From contig JBEPZV010000025.1 of the NCBI GenBank assembly GCA_041640655.1, positions 1-36,845 on the forward strand: a stretch of 36,845 nucleotides of DNA, read 5' to 3'. The notes under the pieces are model-generated. The model saw nothing but the letters and a program-made list of their open reading frames with translations. It made no database searches and was not told where the DNA came from. Both the position numbers and the translations under genes were made by a program. Origin of the DNA: a bacterium (GTDB lineage: Bacteria > Acidobacteriota > Blastocatellia > HR10). Each line of letters starts with the position of its first letter. Position 1 is the first letter of the stretch. This document shows, piece by piece, positions 18,568 through 26,827 of this stretch.

Positions 18568-20805
18568 ATGGTGACGCTCACACGACGAGACGTGTTGAAA
18601 GGCGTCGGCGCGATGGGTGCGGGGATGCTCTGGAGCGCGCGCGGAGGACGCGCGCAGGATGGGCTGCGCATGCGGGACCGACCGGTGGAGATCGTCATCT
18701 CCCCGGTGAGCGCGCGCACGGTGCGCATCAGTGTGATCCCGATGGACTCCGACCGCCCGATGCCGATTCCACAGGACGGTTCGCTCGTCCAGGCGGCGTG
18801 GGAGCCGCCGGTCGCGCGCCTGCGCTCGGTGACCGCGTCCCAGCGCGTGCGCGCGGGAGCGCTCACCGTGTGGGTCTCTCCCGAACCGCTGACGATTCAC
18901 GTCGAGAACGACCACGGACGCCTCGTCCAGCGGCTGCGGTTCGATTCGCGCACCGGCGCGATGGATTTTCTCCTGGGCGATGGGCCCGTTCTCGGTCTCG
19001 GACAAGGCGGGCCACAGTTCGATCGTCGCGGATCGCGCGATCTCATGCGCAGCGGTCAGGGAGGGTATCGCTTGCGCACGCACGGCGGGCGCGTGCCGAT
19101 CCCCTGGCTCATCGGGACGTCCGGGTGGGCGATGTTCGTCCATCAGCCCGATGGGATATTCGATCTGACCGGGTCGGAGGGGCGCTTCGAGCCACGCTCT
19201 CCTGAAGCTGCGCTTCCGCTCGATGTCTTCGTCGTCGGAGCGGAGGAACCGACCGAGATCATGGCCGAGTACGCGCGTCTCACGGGATGGCCCGAGATGC
19301 CGCCCTTGTGGGCCTTCGGCTATCAGCAATCGCATCGCACGCTGGCCGGTCCGGATGAAGTCCTGTCGGTCGCCCGAACCTTCCGCGAGAAGAAGCTGCC
19401 GTGCGACGTGCTCATCTACCTGGGGACGGGATTCACCCCATCGGGCTGGAACACGGCCAACGGATCGTTCTCGTTCAATCGGTCCGTCTTCCCCGATCCC
19501 GAGCGTATGATCCGCGAGCTGCACGAGATGCATTTCCGCGTCGTCCTTCACGTTGTCATCCTCTCGCGGACGTTGCGCGGGACGGTTCACGATGCATGTT
19601 CGCTGGCTCGATTCGATGAAGAGGAAGCGGGATGCTACTGGAACTTGCATCGTCGCGTGTTTGCCATGGGCGTGGATGGGTGGTGGGTGGACGAAGGCGA
19701 TCCGCTCGATCGCGCCTCGCGTCTGACGCGAAATCGCCTGTATTGGGAAGGGCCGCAGGTGGATCGCCCGAACGTGCGTCCCTATGCCCTGCATCGCAAT
19801 GGGCATGCCGGCATGCAGCGATATGCGGCGTTTCTCTGGTCGGGCGATGTCTATTCCACCTGGGAGACGCTCCGCACGCACGTTCCCGTTGCCGTCAATA
19901 CCGGGTTGAGCGGCATCCCCTATTGGGGAACGGATACCGGGGGGTTCGTTCCGACGAAAGAGCTGACGGGCGAACTCTACGTGCGATGGTTTCAATTCAG
20001 CGCGTTCTGTCCGCTCTTTCGTTCGCACGGGCGGACGTGGCATCTGCGCCTGCCGTGGGGATGGAACACGGGTCAGTTGGGGCCGGACGAGATTCGCTCC
20101 TATAGCGATGCCGCCAATCCCGATCCGAGCGAGTTGCGCAATCCGCAGGTCGAGCCGATCTGTCGTCGGTATTTGGAGTGGCGCTATCGGCTCCTGCCGT
20201 ATCTCTACAGCGTCGTGCGCGAAGGGGGCGAAACGGGACTGCCGATCATTCGCGCCTTGTGGCTGCACTATCCCCATGATGGGGCTGCCGTCAGGCGAGG
20301 GGATCAGTACCTCTGGGGACGCGATATTTTGGTCGCGCCGGTGACGGAGAAGGGAGCGACCGTGCGCCGTCTCTATTTGCCATCCGATCTGTGGTACGAC
20401 TTCTGGACGGAGGAGCGCGTGGACGGCGGACGCGAGATAGATCGCGCGGTGGATCTGGCGACGACGCCGCTCTATGTGCGGGCGGGAACGATCCTCCCTC
20501 TGGGTCCGGTGAAGCAGTACGCGGCGGAGCCGAGCGAGGAGCCGCTCACGCTCGCGGTCTATCCGGGAGCCGACGGCCGATTCGTGCTCTACGAAGACGA
20601 CGGCGTGACGTTCGATCATCGTCGAGGGGAGCAGATGAAGATCGAAGTGCGCTGGGACGACCGCCGGCGACGATTGCGTCTGCAGCTCGTCGAGGGCACG
20701 CGAATGCTTCCGCCGTCACCGCGGCGACTGCGCGTGCGCCGTGTGCCGGGCCGCGAGGTGCGCACGCTGCTCTTCACCGGCGAGCCCGTGGAGATTTCGC
20801 TGTGA
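18568..20805 (+). CDS. Tat-exported GH31 alpha-glycosidase (alpha-glucosidase/alpha-xylosidase type)
   Basis: TRRDVLK Tat motif; YARLTG..PPLWAFGYQQS, GWWVDEG (nucleophile), WSGDV, WGTDTGGF (acid/base), ELYVRWFQFSAFCPLFRSH, RYRLLPYLY, LYEDDG. Confidence 0.93.
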   Translation: MVTLTRRDVLKGVGAMGAGMLWSARGGRAQDGLRMRDRPVEIVISPVSARTVRISVIPMDSDRPMPIPQDGSLVQAAWEPPVARLRSVTASQRVRAGALTVWVSPEPLTIHVENDHGRLVQRLRFDSRTGAMDFLLGDGPVLGLGQGGPQFDRRGSRDLMRSGQGGYRLRTHGGRVPIPWLIGTSGWAMFVHQPDGIFDLTGSEGRFEPRSPEAALPLDVFVVGAEEPTEIMAEYARLTGWPEMPPLWAFGYQQSHRTLAGPDEVLSVARTFREKKLPCDVLIYLGTGFTPSGWNTANGSFSFNRSVFPDPERMIRELHEMHFRVVLHVVILSRTLRGTVHDACSLARFDEEEAGCYWNLHRRVFAMGVDGWWVDEGDPLDRASRLTRNRLYWEGPQVDRPNVRPYALHRNGHAGMQRYAAFLWSGDVYSTWETLRTHVPVAVNTGLSGIPYWGTDTGGFVPTKELTGELYVRWFQFSAFCPLFRSHGRTWHLRLPWGWNTGQLGPDEIRSYSDAANPDPSELRNPQVEPICRRYLEWRYRLLPYLYSVVREGGETGLPIIRALWLHYPHDGAAVRRGDQYLWGRDILVAPVTEKGATVRRLYLPSDLWYDFWTEERVDGGREIDRAVDLATTPLYVRAGTILPLGPVKQYAAEPSEEPLTLAVYPGADGRFVLYEDDGVTFDHRRGEQMKIEVRWDDRRRRLRLQLVEGTRMLPPSPRRLRVRRVPGREVRTLLFTGEPVEISL

Positions 20806-20916
20806 CCATGAGCCCGCGCTCGCCGCTCATCGGCCCGTCGCATCCCGCGGCTCGTGCGTCCACCGACCGTCTACCCATCGCCAAATGCCAAGAAGGGAGT
20901 CATCCTTCAATTCATC
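20787..20916 (+). repeat. Left copy of a decayed 130-bp direct repeat (intact GH31 end plus degenerate aldehyde dehydrogenase 3' end)
   Basis: Ungapped alignment to 25143-25272 at offset 4356, with 93/130 identities by hand count. The minus strand reads DELKDDSLLGIWRWVDGRWTHEPRDATGR*. Confidence 0.9.
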
Positions 20917-21040
20917 CAACGTTGCAATTGGGCCTTGCCATTCTTCATCAGAGGATCCTGTCCGTTGAGATCCGACCCGCGCGAGGTGGCAGTTTCTGTC
21001 GCGGAAGGGAGTCTTCCGTCCCGTTGCCGAAAAAAGAGGC

Positions 21041-21065
21041 TTGACAGACAGACAGACAGTATACT
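21041..21065 (+). promoter_or_regulatory. Sigma70-type promoter with (GACA)4 simple-sequence repeat; spacer only 13 bp
   Basis: TTGACA 21041-21046, spacer gacagacagacag, TATACT 21060-21065. Confidence 0.6.
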
Positions 21066-21108
21066 TAGGACCATGACGAGAAAAGCATAGTCCGAAGGAG
21101 GTGTCGAA

Positions 21109-21399
21109 ATGAAGCGCTGGGTATGGTCGTTGCCGGTTCTTAGACAGATTTGGAAGCGCATGGGGACAAGGGGACTCCGGATCATCGAAGTGACCCTGTT
21201 TATGACCTTGATCCTAATGCTCCTTTCGGCCGGAGGCCCGTCGAGGGCGACAGCCCAAGACGAGATTTTGTTATGGGCGCGCTGTGCGGATGCCGGGTGT
21301 CCAGCCTGTCCTTTAGGATGCGAGGGTTACGTGAATCCCTGCGCGGTCATTTGTAATGATGGGCGATGGATTCGGTGTGGCAGCTTGGGATGCCCATGA
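21109..21399 (+). CDS. Secreted cysteine-rich micro-protein / peptide precursor (8 Cys in a 47-aa mature region)
   Basis: AAGGAGGT RBS; basic N-region, hydrophobic core and A-T-A|Q cleavage site; mature QDEILLWARCADAGCPACPLGCEGYVNPCAVICNDGRWIRCGSLGCP. Confidence 0.8.
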   Translation: MKRWVWSLPVLRQIWKRMGTRGLRIIEVTLFMTLILMLLSAGGPSRATAQDEILLWARCADAGCPACPLGCEGYVNPCAVICNDGRWIRCGSLGCP

Positions 21400-21578
21400 C
21401 GAACGCCGCCCGTAAAACGTGCAGTTACGGCAGGTCGGTTGGTCTTGTGACGTGTCCGTCTCCTCGTCCGAAAGTTGAGAGGTACGTGGATCATGCGCGG
21501 GTCGATTCAAAGAACACTGCCCCGCCTAATATGGCATAAATCGACTTCGGGCGCCTGCGGGGAAAACATAATAGGGAA

Positions 21579-23360
21579 ATGGACATGACGGGATCAGTTC
21601 GGAAGGGCCTCGGTCTTTGGGTGATGGCGGTGAGCTTCTTTCCTCTCGCTCTTGGGCAGGAGGGCGACAGGGACGCTCAAAAGGAAAGGGCTTGGCATCT
21701 GGTCGAGAGCCTCAGTCACGAAGTCAAACAATGGAACGACTTCCGTGATCGCGTGGTGGTCTCTTTGAAGCTGGCCGATCTTCTATGGGAACATGACGAA
21801 CAACTCGCCCGAGACACCTATATTGCGGCCTTTCGGGCCATTCCGCCGGTCAGTAAGGAGACGCCTCGTTTGGAGCGAGAATTTCGCCGGCAACTCCGGC
21901 TTCGTGTTTTATCGGAGCTGGCCCGTCGAGATCCGAAACTAGCGGAGCGGCTTACCAGGGAACTGACCGAGGTGGTGCGAGATCATGATCCTTCTTCTCA
22001 GCACCTTTCTGAGGAGGAACGCAGAGAACGGGCCGAGTCTCTTATCCAAGAAGCGGGTTTGGTATCGCTGACCGATCTCAAGGCAGCGGCGTCGCTGGTG
22101 GAAGAGGCCGTGCGCTATCAGGTCGTGCCGAGTTTCGCCAATTTTCTCGACGTCTTTGCATCAAGAGAGCCGGAGATAGCCAGGAAACTGTACGGCTTGG
22201 CCTTCGCGCGGGCTCGGGCCCAAAGGTTTTCGGGGTCAACCTTGGAGACGATGTTGATGGCGGTTGTCCGAACCAGGAGCTCAGATCCTCCTCTTTACAG
22301 CCCAGAGCAGCTCAAAGAGCTGTTGTGGATTCTCGAAAGTCGACTCAGTCAGGGAATCCGCTTTTCAGCGACAGAGCCGTTGCCGGTCGCCCTCGAATGG
22401 GTTCGCGTGCCGACGATCGTTTCATTGCTCAAGGAGTTGATCCCACTCTATGAGCAGTATCTTCCGGAGCTGTTGCCGAGTATTCAGGCACATCTCCTCT
22501 CGCAACTTCGTTCGCTGAATGAGCTTCAGCAAATAGCTTTAGGCTATAGCGGATCCGCCGGTACGGACGTAACGGTTGAAGAGCTTGTTTCTAAGGCCAA
22601 CAGGGCGGCAAGCCAACGCGCGCGGGACGTGTTGTATTGGTTGGCAGCCGAGCGTGCCAGGAGGAAGGGGGATCTGATACAAGCCTTTTCCCTGGCCGAG
22701 AAGATTCAAGATGAGCGCCATCGCGAGGCCATGATCACGGCCTTGCGCATCGCAAGGGCGCAAGCAGCAGTGGGTGCTGGAGACACCGCTCAGGCCCTGG
22801 ACGTTCTTCGGAAGATGCCGAAGGAGACGTGCGGCAAGATCACCCCTGTCTACGCTGAGATTGCTAGAGCTTTCGTGAAGCAAGAGAACCCCGAGCAGGC
22901 TCGTGCCGTCATTGCCGAGGCTGAGCGATGTTGGTCCGGTCGCGAACTCACCGCCGATCCCTGGGAGGCTGCTGGATCGCTCACACTGCTTGTGGACGTC
23001 CTTGTCCCCTTGGACGAGGACTCGGCCTTTGTGCTCACGGCTTCGATCATCCCCTGGCTCAACCGATCGACCGAAAAGAAGGACGACACCGCTGCTCACG
23101 ATGGGTTCACTTGGCGAAGACTGCCTATGATCGGCTATCCGACGAGCACCAACGGTGGGATGAGGATGGTGAGCTTTGAGGAGATTTTGGCCCGACTGGC
23201 CCAAAAAGATTTCGAGCGAACTCTGCTGATCGTCACCGGTTTGAAATCGGCAGCCCTGCGCGCTCTCGCCCAGCTCGCCGTTTGTGACGGAATACTCCGT
23301 CATGCGGAGGAGAAGCGAACGTCTTCGTTTGAGCGTGGTCCGGTGTATGGGCGGAAGTGA
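21579..23360 (+). CDS. Secreted alpha-helical repeat (TPR/HEAT-like) hypothetical protein
   Basis: 593-aa ORF; signal peptide ending ALG|Q; amphipathic helical repeats (LADLLWEHDEQLAR, GDLIQAFSLAEKIQD, LAQKDFERTL). Confidence 0.78.
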   Translation: MDMTGSVRKGLGLWVMAVSFFPLALGQEGDRDAQKERAWHLVESLSHEVKQWNDFRDRVVVSLKLADLLWEHDEQLARDTYIAAFRAIPPVSKETPRLEREFRRQLRLRVLSELARRDPKLAERLTRELTEVVRDHDPSSQHLSEEERRERAESLIQEAGLVSLTDLKAAASLVEEAVRYQVVPSFANFLDVFASREPEIARKLYGLAFARARAQRFSGSTLETMLMAVVRTRSSDPPLYSPEQLKELLWILESRLSQGIRFSATEPLPVALEWVRVPTIVSLLKELIPLYEQYLPELLPSIQAHLLSQLRSLNELQQIALGYSGSAGTDVTVEELVSKANRAASQRARDVLYWLAAERARRKGDLIQAFSLAEKIQDERHREAMITALRIARAQAAVGAGDTAQALDVLRKMPKETCGKITPVYAEIARAFVKQENPEQARAVIAEAERCWSGRELTADPWEAAGSLTLLVDVLVPLDEDSAFVLTASIIPWLNRSTEKKDDTAAHDGFTWRRLPMIGYPTSTNGGMRMVSFEEILARLAQKDFERTLLIVTGLKSAALRALAQLAVCDGILRHAEEKRTSSFERGPVYGRK

Positions 23361-23946
23361 CGTTTCTGTCCGAAGACGCTTGATATATATCGTTCTGCTT
23401 CTCGCTGCGAATTACCTCTTGGCGGCGACCCTTTTCTTTCCTCCGAAGACGATCCAATCCTCCTTCCCATCCATCCCTCGGCGCGCGAGACTGAGCGATA
23501 TCCCCGGATTGGAACAACTTAGAGAAATGATCACACCAGCGGCGCGACAATCGCGTCCATCTGTCATCGTTCTTCTGGAAAATTACTCAACGACGTGTCC
23601 AGGGGCCGCTTTGGTGGAGGCGCTCAAAACGGTGCATGAGCAAAGGGGGAATGGAGTTCACCTCCTCAGTATCCTCGTGGACGGGGACCTTGAAGTTGCC
23701 GACCTGGAGAACTTCAAGCGAGTGCTTGAATTCCAGCTGCCAGGGGTTCCGGTTCAAGTCTCCTGGGCCGACCAACGCCTCCGCACCTGGTGGACTCGTT
23801 CGATGCCGCGATCGGGGAGATGGCAGAGTCGCGCTGTGATGATGGTCGTCGATGCGCATGGTCGTGTTCGTGAGATCGTTGATGAAGCGAAATTGAATGA
23901 GGTTGATCGGGTGCGTGCGGCCTTTGCGTTTGAGGGAAAGCCGTGA
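23347..23946 (+). CDS. Membrane-anchored thioredoxin-fold (TlpA/AhpC-like) protein with degenerate STTC active site
   Basis: ATG 23347 overlaps the upstream gene end; TM helix IYIVLLLAANYLLAATLFF; PSVIVLLENYSTTCP, helix, VHLLSILVD, then VMMVVDAHGRV follow the TlpA pattern. Confidence 0.6.
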   Translation: MGGSDVSVRRRLIYIVLLLAANYLLAATLFFPPKTIQSSFPSIPRRARLSDIPGLEQLREMITPAARQSRPSVIVLLENYSTTCPGAALVEALKTVHEQRGNGVHLLSILVDGDLEVADLENFKRVLEFQLPGVPVQVSWADQRLRTWWTRSMPRSGRWQSRAVMMVVDAHGRVREIVDEAKLNEVDRVRAAFAFEGKP

Positions 23947-25094
23947 TACGGCTCGCCGTCACGCTAGCATCATTATGGTTGGTGATCTCATGTCAAGGTT
24001 CGCAGGAGCTCGATGGTAAGCTGAAACCGCGACCCCAGACGGAGGCGAGGGCCCCCCAGTCCGTCATTGATCAGAACGTCCTGAAGAGGGATCTCCTGGC
24101 CCGGCTTCCCGCTGACGACAACTGGATGAAGCTCGAACTGATGAAGGTGTTCCCCTTAGACGGACAGAGGGGCACGATTCCCATCATAACTCCTATCATG
24201 ATTTCTTCGGGCTCGGAAGGAACCGTGTATATAACGGATGCCGCCGGGAACCAGGTGATTGAGCTCTCGCCGGATCTTGAGGTCCTCAGAAAGATCCCCT
24301 CCCAACCTTTTCGGCCGCTTAACAGACCCTCATGGGCAACGCCGGTCGATGGAACCTTGTACGTATTAGATCTGACAGGATTCAACGTCTTCTCGGCCGC
24401 AGGAGAGTGGATCGGGAAATTTAAGGCCTTCGTTGCCGCTCATTCGATAACTCTCTGCCGCGATGGCGGGATGTACGTGAATCCCATATTTCTTTACCCT
24501 CCGCGCGGGCGCGCGTCTCCTCTCATCATGCAATTCGACCTCTCGGGTAGGCTTCTCCGTTCTTTTGGCCGAGCAGAAAGTAACGGTATCGGAGCTATCG
24601 ATAATCGAGCCCTCCTCGCATGCGATCGGCATCGGCTTGTAGCGGCGTTCACGTATCGAAGCAAGATTCACGTCTATGCGCTTGATGGCCGAAAAATAAG
24701 GGACATAGATGTCCGGTATCGGCCGATACGAGAGCTCGAACGGCATAATATCGAGCAACAGTCCACCCTACAGTCTTCCGGGATCGTACATCGGGTCAAT
24801 CTCGTCGCTGGAGTTTCAATCTTCAAGGAAAGAATCTTTGTTCTTCTTGACCTGCCGCGGATCGAGATTCTGGAGTTTGATCTTCAAGGGCGCCAGGTAA
24901 AGCATTATTATGCAGGCGAAGGCGCAGGGTTTGTCGGTCCTGGGGGAAACGGTCTCGTTGTGAGGCGACAGGGTCGGACGTTAATCTTTTATGTCCTGTC
25001 AGGGCGCGGGACTTTGTTCAAACTCTCATCACCTGTAAGATCGTCTCCCCGCGTTCCCCTCCGAGGGCGAATCGGGCGAGGCAGGCCGATTTGA
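23943..25094 (+). CDS. Six-bladed beta-propeller / NHL-repeat lipoprotein
   Basis: GTGA overlap with the upstream stop; lipobox LVIS|C; blades GTVYITDAAGNQVIEL, FNVFSAAGEWIGKF, IMQFDLSGRLLRSFG, IHVYALDGRKIRDI, ILEFDLQGRQVKHY. Confidence 0.8.
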   Translation: MIRLAVTLASLWLVISCQGSQELDGKLKPRPQTEARAPQSVIDQNVLKRDLLARLPADDNWMKLELMKVFPLDGQRGTIPIITPIMISSGSEGTVYITDAAGNQVIELSPDLEVLRKIPSQPFRPLNRPSWATPVDGTLYVLDLTGFNVFSAAGEWIGKFKAFVAAHSITLCRDGGMYVNPIFLYPPRGRASPLIMQFDLSGRLLRSFGRAESNGIGAIDNRALLACDRHRLVAAFTYRSKIHVYALDGRKIRDIDVRYRPIRELERHNIEQQSTLQSSGIVHRVNLVAGVSIFKERIFVLLDLPRIEILEFDLQGRQVKHYYAGEGAGFVGPGGNGLVVRRQGRTLIFYVLSGRGTLFKLSSPVRSSPRVPLRGRIGRGRPI

Positions 25095-25142
25095 ATGAAA
25101 GCGCGGCCGTTCTGGCTCAGGCTGGGCGGGACGCGAGGGATG

Positions 25143-25272
25143 CGTGGACGCCTCGCTCTGACGACGAGCGCGCAATCCTCGTTCATTTTCCCGTCGCGTT
25201 GAGCGGCTCGCGCGTCCACCGACCATCCACCAGCCGCCAGATGCCCAGCGGATTTTCGTCCTTCAGTTCGTC
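25143..25272 (+). repeat. Right copy of the 130-bp direct repeat (degenerate GH31 end plus intact aldehyde dehydrogenase 3' end)
   Basis: gtggacgcctcgctctga (VDASL*) mirrors the GH31 end gtggagatttcgctgtga (VEISL*). Both stop codons align at offset 4356. Confidence 0.9.
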
Positions 25273-26799
25273 AGGCAGCGCCGCATTGGGGAAGTTCTGA
25301 TAGCAGATGGGGCGGGTGAAGCGATAAATCGCGCGCGTGCCCACGGAGGTGGATCGGCCATCCGACGTCGCCGGGAAGGGGCCACCGTGCACCATCGCGT
25401 GGCAGACTTCGACGCCTGTTGGAAAACCGTTGAAGATCAGCCGGCCGACCTTCGTCTCCAAGATGGCGATCAGATCGCGGAAAGCGAGCAGATCGTCCTC
25501 CGTGCCGTGGAGAGAGGCCGTCAGTTGACCCTCCATCGCGCGAGCGATGGCCAGAAGGTGCTCTCGGCGCGAGTAGGTGACCAAGAGCGTCGCCGGTCCG
25601 AAGATCTCTTGGCCCAGATCGGGATGCGCGAGGTAGGATTGAGCGTCCGTTTGGAAGAGGGCGGCGTAAGCGGAGCATCCCAGTGATGTCGCCTCCAAAG
25701 CGGAGGGGGATCGAGGAGCGAGAAGCGTGACGGCCGTATGATGACCGCGATCCTCAAGAGCGCGGCGGTAGGTCGCGCCGATGCCCGCAGTCAAGAGCGT
25801 GAAGGGAGGCGTTTGCGCGATCAGCTCGGCGAGCTTTTCGATGAAGGGGGCGGAAGCCGCCCCTTCTTCGATCAGGACGACTCCCGGTTTCGTGCAGAAC
25901 TGGCCGGCGCCGACCGTGACCGATGCGTACAGGCCCATCGCGATCTGTTCTCCGCGTTCGCGAAGAGCGCCTGGGAGGATGAAGATTGGATTCACACTGC
26001 TCATCTCCGCGTAGAAGGGGATCGGATCCGGTCGCGAGGCGGCCTCCGCCATGAGGGCGAGGCCTGCGGCGCGAGATCCGGTGAAGGCGACGGCTCTCAC
26101 TTCCGGATGGATGACGAGCGCGCGACCGATGTCTGTTCCGGCGTCGAAGAGCAGAGAGAAGACGCCCTCGGGCATACTGCAGGTGTGCGCGGCTTCGATG
26201 ATCGCCAGGCCAACCATCTCCGATGTCCCCGGATGAGCCGGATGAGCTTTGACGAGCACCGGATTTCCAGCGGCGAGCGCCGAAGCCGTATCTCCCCCCG
26301 CGACGGAGAACGCCAGAGGGAAGTTACTCGCACCGAAGACGGCGACGGGACCCAGTGGGCGGAGCAGCGAGCGAACATCCGGTTTGGGGACGGGCTGACG
26401 GGTGGGATCGGCGCGATCAATTCGCGCGTCTACCCATGACCCTTCTTCGACGAGATCCGCGAACAGGCGAAGCTGGAAACACGTTCGCGCTCTCTCCGCC
26501 TGAAGACGCGGGATCGGAAGGGCTGTCTCCTGAGCAACTCGCTCCAGGAGGGCGTCGCCGAGCGCTTCGATATTGGCGGCGATCTGGCGCAGGAAGGCCG
26601 CTCGCTGGTGACCGGAGGTCTGGGCGTATGTAGCGAAGGCGCGCGCCGCCAATTGTACCGCCTCTTCGAGTTCAGCACGGGATGCCGAATAATAGGCGGG
26701 CTCTAGGGGCTCGCCCGTTGTGGGATTCACCGCGAAGAAGGATGTCCCTGTGGGAGCGCCTCGTCGGAAACCGATGATCGAGACACCGGTGAGCTTCAT
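25183..26799 (-). CDS. Alpha-ketoglutaric semialdehyde (2,5-dioxopentanoate) dehydrogenase
   Basis: GGAGG RBS at ATG 26799; PVAVFGASNFPLAFSVAGGDTASALAAG, KAHPAHPGTSE, FTGS, EMSSVNP, GQFCTKPG, GFPTGVEVCHAMVHGGPFPA. Confidence 0.93.
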   Translation of the reverse strand: MKLTGVSIIGFRRGAPTGTSFFAVNPTTGEPLEPAYYSASRAELEEAVQLAARAFATYAQTSGHQRAAFLRQIAANIEALGDALLERVAQETALPIPRLQAERARTCFQLRLFADLVEEGSWVDARIDRADPTRQPVPKPDVRSLLRPLGPVAVFGASNFPLAFSVAGGDTASALAAGNPVLVKAHPAHPGTSEMVGLAIIEAAHTCSMPEGVFSLLFDAGTDIGRALVIHPEVRAVAFTGSRAAGLALMAEAASRPDPIPFYAEMSSVNPIFILPGALRERGEQIAMGLYASVTVGAGQFCTKPGVVLIEEGAASAPFIEKLAELIAQTPPFTLLTAGIGATYRRALEDRGHHTAVTLLAPRSPSALEATSLGCSAYAALFQTDAQSYLAHPDLGQEIFGPATLLVTYSRREHLLAIARAMEGQLTASLHGTEDDLLAFRDLIAILETKVGRLIFNGFPTGVEVCHAMVHGGPFPATSDGRSTSVGTRAIYRFTRPICYQNFPNAALPDELKDENPLGIWRLVDGRWTREPLNATGK

Positions 26800-26827
26800 C
26801 CGTATACCTCCTTTGAAGTGGGCCGTT

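Larger units (their letters stand above)
20917..25142. mobile_element. Inserted four-gene islet (no integrase or transposase inside)
   Basis: Bounded by the direct repeats; codon usage is visibly more A/T-rich (tta, ata, aga, tca) than the flanks; functionally unrelated to its neighbours. Confidence 0.7.

Noticed and set aside
16369..20619. 1416-aa minus-strand ORF
   Set aside because: It is the antisense shadow of DUF5695 and GH31, which share one frame. It is Arg/Pro-rich with no domain motifs, as expected in high-GC coding DNA.
21109..21399. Classical RiPP precursor (lanthipeptide, ranthipeptide, sactipeptide) or amidated peptide
   Set aside because: There is no radical SAM, LanM/LanB, YcaO or C39 exporter nearby, the leader is Sec-type, and there is no C-terminal Gly for amidation.
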